This document shows positions 60,514 through 64,000 of a stretch of DNA of 64,000 bases, one piece after another. This DNA comes from Candidatus Micrarchaeia archaeon. Its GTDB lineage: Archaea; Micrarchaeota; Micrarchaeia; Micrarchaeales; CABMGC01. Location of the stretch: contig JBMFWW010000002.1 in NCBI GenBank assembly GCA_049964835.1, forward strand, positions 20,132 through 84,131. Reading direction: 5' to 3'. The notes under the pieces are model-generated. The model searched no databases and was not told where the DNA came from. It saw only the letters and a program-made list of their open reading frames with translations. Every line of letters starts with the position of its first letter. Position 1 is the first letter of the stretch. Position numbers and translations under genes: made by a program.

Positions 60514-61662
60514 ATGCCATTCATACCAAACATATACAAAAGCAGCAAAGCAAAGTACTATGTACTTGTTCCTTTAGTACTGTTAGTTTTTGGTTTGATA
60601 ATGTCAACACATCTAACATTTGATAGCACATTAAGTGGAGGCGTAAGCGTTACTTTACAAACAAATCAAACAATACTTCCTTCTACACTTTCAAGCGAGT
60701 TAGTATCAAAGCTCCATATTCCTGCCCCCAGTATAGAAAATAGTCCGGGTGGTTTGGATGTAACCTTTACAATAAATCAAAGTATAGCAAATGCTGAGCA
60801 GGCTCTTCTTACATTCTATTCATACAATCAAAATTATTCTTCTAGCGAGCTTAATTATACGCTAGTAAGTGAGTCATTAAAGTCACAGCCTACAAATAAA
60901 ACACTACTAGCTTACCAAAATGAAAATCGATCAATAATGAACAAATCTCTAGCAGGTATGAGCTCTACCGTGTCATTAGAACTTTCAGATCTTAAGCCAT
61001 TCATAGGCGCTCAGAGCATAAACTCAACAGATCCAACTTATTTAGGTACTCTTGCACAAAATAGCTATGCTAACGCAGGCAAAGATTATGAAAATGAAGT
61101 TCTTTCAGCTTTGCATTCATTAGTTAACTTTAAACAGTACTCATATCAGCAATTAACTCCAACACTAGGTAGTTACTTCTTATCACAGTTAGAGGTCGTT
61201 ATACTTACAGCATTCATACTCATTTCAATAATAGTATTCTTCATATTTAGGTCGATAGGACCGGCATTTGCTGTAATCTTTGGAGCTGCAAATGATATGA
61301 TCTTTGCATTAGGTGCAATGGCATTATTTGGAATACCACTAGGAATAGCAAGCATAGGTGGCCTTTTGATGCTTATAGGTTACTCTATAGATACAGATGT
61401 ACTTACGGCTGTAAGAATCATGAAAAGGCATGAAGGTACAGCAGAAGATCGTGCATATGCATCAATGATGACTGGAGTTACAATGACAGCTACAGCAATA
61501 GTTTCATTTGCCGTTTTATTCATAGTTTCTATCTTTGCTTATGTACCTACCTATTATGAAATTGCCGGAGTAGTACTGTTTGGATTAATAGGCGATATCT
61601 TTACCACATGGTTTGGGAATGCCTCTATGATACTTTACTTCAAAAAACGAAAGGAGAGATGA
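60514..61662 (+). CDS. secF: Protein translocase subunit SecF
   Basis: LSGG, PTLGS.F, LMLIGYSIDTDVL, GLIGD..TTW.GNA. Confidence 0.9.
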   Translation: MPFIPNIYKSSKAKYYVLVPLVLLVFGLIMSTHLTFDSTLSGGVSVTLQTNQTILPSTLSSELVSKLHIPAPSIENSPGGLDVTFTINQSIANAEQALLTFYSYNQNYSSSELNYTLVSESLKSQPTNKTLLAYQNENRSIMNKSLAGMSSTVSLELSDLKPFIGAQSINSTDPTYLGTLAQNSYANAGKDYENEVLSALHSLVNFKQYSYQQLTPTLGSYFLSQLEVVILTAFILISIIVFFIFRSIGPAFAVIFGAANDMIFALGAMALFGIPLGIASIGGLLMLIGYSIDTDVLTAVRIMKRHEGTAEDRAYASMMTGVTMTATAIVSFAVLFIVSIFAYVPTYYEIAGVVLFGLIGDIFTTWFGNASMILYFKKRKER

Positions 61663-63300
61663 ATGGCAATATTTAGTTATATAAAAGATAAAAGAATTCT
61701 AGCCTTAATACTAATACTTGTAATTCTTGGAGTTGCCGATTTTGTCTCAGGAATACACTTAGGTGTAGAGTTTATAGGCGGAACAGAGATACCAATAACA
61801 CTTCAAAGTCAGGTCAATCCAACAGTTATGAGTAGCATACTTGCAAATCTTCAGCAAAGAATATCTACCTTTGGTCTTAAGCAGGTTACAATAGAAGGTG
61901 TTGGTGATTCTGAAGTTTATGTTATAATACCTTCAGTATCAAGTACAGATATAAACAGTACAATATCAGTCATAGAAAAGCAAGGAATATTTCAAGGTAT
62001 AGTAAATGGAAGAGAAGCACTCAACGGTTCAGATGTACTTGGTGGAAGTACTGGTGGAATTCAACCATCACAAAGTATAAGCGGTAGCAATGCAACATGG
62101 CAGGTCAACTTTTATGTAACACAAACAGGAGCACAAAAGTTTGCAAAGGTTGCATTCGGTCAAGCAGATAAGCCAATATATATGTATCTTGACAGACCTA
62201 CAAATACAATAATACTATTAAATACATCAATAATAGCTGCTTCAGAAGCAAATGTAAGTACCGGCCTTACACCTAATCAAAATCAGGTAATAAAAGCAAT
62301 GAACAATGCACTTCAATTTGGTTCACAGACGACTCCTGTTGAGATATTAAGCCAGAATAATGGAAACTGGAATACACTATATCAATTCTTCAATGAAAGC
62401 AAGAGCAGATACAATGAAGTTATCTTGGGAAATAGCACTCCTAGTTATATAATACAAAATTTAACAAAGCTTAATTATACACTTGTATACAAATCGGCTC
62501 AAAGTCTAACTCCGCAGTTAATACAAGAAGCAACTAATAGTACTTCAGTAACGTCATTAGTTGTAAATACGTGGCCAGCAGTAGGCCTACTTTCAGCGCC
62601 AGTTCTATCTCCAGGAATTACATCTGGTCAGATAAATGAAGCATATCAGATAACTGGAGCTGTAACTACCGGTGCAACTGTTCAGGATAAGCTTAATCAA
62701 GCGGTTAATGAATCTACTACAATAGCAAGCGTATTAAGTGGTGGCGCATTACCTGTAAAGGTAATAGTTGGAACACCATTCACAACACCACCAACATTAG
62801 GAACACAGTTTGAAAGTATAAGCTTCATAGCTATTCTTCTTGCAGTATTAGCAGTTACAGTCACAATAGTTATAAGGTACAGAAAGCCTTTCTTAGTACT
62901 TCCAATAATCTTTACTACTTTGGCAGAACTGTTCATAATAGCATCTATAATAGGTTTAATAGGAACAATAGACCTAGCAGCAGTAGCAGGTATGATAGCT
63001 GTAGTAGGTACTGGCGTAGATGCACAAATAATAATAACAGATGAAACACTAACTACACACGGAAGCGGTTCAAGCATAAAGTCAAAGCTAAATCACGCGT
63101 TCTATGTTGTCTGGGCTGATGCTATACTACTTGTAATAGGAATGATGCCACTTCTATTTTCATCATCATTAGTTACTGTAATAGGCTTTGCAGAATCAAC
63201 GATACTAGGTGCACTTTTAGGTGCTCTTATAACAAGACCTGCTTACGGCGCAATAATAAGCAGACATTTTTCACATAATGAAGAAAAGGCAAAGATCTAA
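61663..63300 (+). CDS. secD: Protein translocase subunit SecD
   Basis: LGVEFIGG, VLSGGALPV, PTLG, GTGVDAQIIITDE, GFA, ITRPAY. Confidence 0.9.
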   Translation: MAIFSYIKDKRILALILILVILGVADFVSGIHLGVEFIGGTEIPITLQSQVNPTVMSSILANLQQRISTFGLKQVTIEGVGDSEVYVIIPSVSSTDINSTISVIEKQGIFQGIVNGREALNGSDVLGGSTGGIQPSQSISGSNATWQVNFYVTQTGAQKFAKVAFGQADKPIYMYLDRPTNTIILLNTSIIAASEANVSTGLTPNQNQVIKAMNNALQFGSQTTPVEILSQNNGNWNTLYQFFNESKSRYNEVILGNSTPSYIIQNLTKLNYTLVYKSAQSLTPQLIQEATNSTSVTSLVVNTWPAVGLLSAPVLSPGITSGQINEAYQITGAVTTGATVQDKLNQAVNESTTIASVLSGGALPVKVIVGTPFTTPPTLGTQFESISFIAILLAVLAVTVTIVIRYRKPFLVLPIIFTTLAELFIIASIIGLIGTIDLAAVAGMIAVVGTGVDAQIIITDETLTTHGSGSSIKSKLNHAFYVVWADAILLVIGMMPLLFSSSLVTVIGFAESTILGALLGALITRPAYGAIISRHFSHNEEKAKI

Positions 63301-63327
63301 AGTTGTCATTTTCTAACTATTATAGTT

Positions 63328-63843
63328 GTGTATATGAAGATTAAGCTTACAAATGAGTTATGTTATTTATCTGGATTAGTTAGCAGATTCAGAGAGGATA
63401 ACAATGCAATAGGTATAAAGACAAATAGAAGAAGTATGGAAGAAAATTTCATATCCTTAGTATTAAAATTCTTTAAAATACCTCCAAATAAGCTTGTTAT
63501 AGAAGAGAATGATGATGGAAGTAGGCATATCTTTTTTTATCATTCTAAGATAAACCGCGAGATAAAGTATGTTCTCAAAAACAAGGTTAAGCTATTTAAG
63601 TTTCCTACTCCTCAATCAAGAAGTTATTTAGGAGGTCTTTTTGATGCTTCTGGACATTTCAATGACAATATCTTTTCAATAAATGCGCTTTCACTACAAG
63701 ATAAAATGATATTTGAAAATCTAGGTGTACATCTTTCTGGAAGCAAAATACTAAGTCAAAGAACCTTTTATTCTCTTATAAAAGGATTTAGTGTTCTTAG
63801 TGAAGAATTGATAAATAAAAAGGGTAAAAGTTATCAATTATAA
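63328..63843 (+). CDS. Stand-alone LAGLIDADG-like domain protein
   Basis: ELCYLSGLVS (degenerate motif 1) and SYLGGLFDASG (motif 2). Confidence 0.6.
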   Translation: MYMKIKLTNELCYLSGLVSRFREDNNAIGIKTNRRSMEENFISLVLKFFKIPPNKLVIEENDDGSRHIFFYHSKINREIKYVLKNKVKLFKFPTPQSRSYLGGLFDASGHFNDNIFSINALSLQDKMIFENLGVHLSGSKILSQRTFYSLIKGFSVLSEELINKKGKSYQL

Positions 63844-63943
63844 TCTTCAAGATAAAAAAATTATGTAAATTTATGTACTAATAAAATCATATAAAAATTG
63901 CATAATTATTTAAATATAAACTACTAACTAAGTATGTGATTTT

Positions 63944-64000
63944 GTGTTGCTTGGCATAAAGCGAATTTATGAAAGGGCAGACATAACTGATGGCAGAAGG
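63944..64000 (+). CDS. DUF488/YeaO-like protein, 5' fragment
   Basis: GTG start; (M)LLGIKRIYERADITDGRR resembles the IKRVY....DG.R N-terminus. Confidence 0.6.
   Translation, partial: MLLGIKRIYERADITDGRR

Overview
AT-rich archaeal chromosome segment, mostly housekeeping genes. The lineage is most consistent with DPANN/Micrarchaeota (ARMAN-like). This is an inference from the divergent stand-alone 16S rRNA, unlinked 5S, tRNAs with D-loop BHB introns, a PDH complex plus SDH/fumarase, and several Q+1 class III pilin-like surface proteins. Contents: gatED, SRP RNA, 5 tRNAs, 16S and 5S rRNA, the S19e-L39e-L31e-eIF6-prefoldin-ftsY cluster, an sdh-fumarase operon, a pdh-lpd-NAD kinase operon, rfcS, lemA-htpX, argS, aspS-nth-endoQ, secFD, three IS remnants and several pseudogenes. 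Most notable observations: (1) two convergently oriented pilin/DUF2341-like paralogs share near-identical 134-bp and 77-bp cassettes inside otherwise divergent genes, a candidate domain-swapping inversion or gene-conversion system; (2) an mTERF-like 33-aa tandem-repeat protein between the SRP RNA and tRNA-Ser; (3) SdhB fused to N-terminal TM helices plus a non-canonical anchor protein; (4) three fully compensated base-pair changes in the 16S decoding site; (5) ksgA, whose conserved N-terminus appears to need a -1 slip at A-AAA-AAG; (6) an unassigned structured ncRNA candidate between nmd3 and argS. No CRISPR array seen. All calls come from manual motif reading; no database searches were run.
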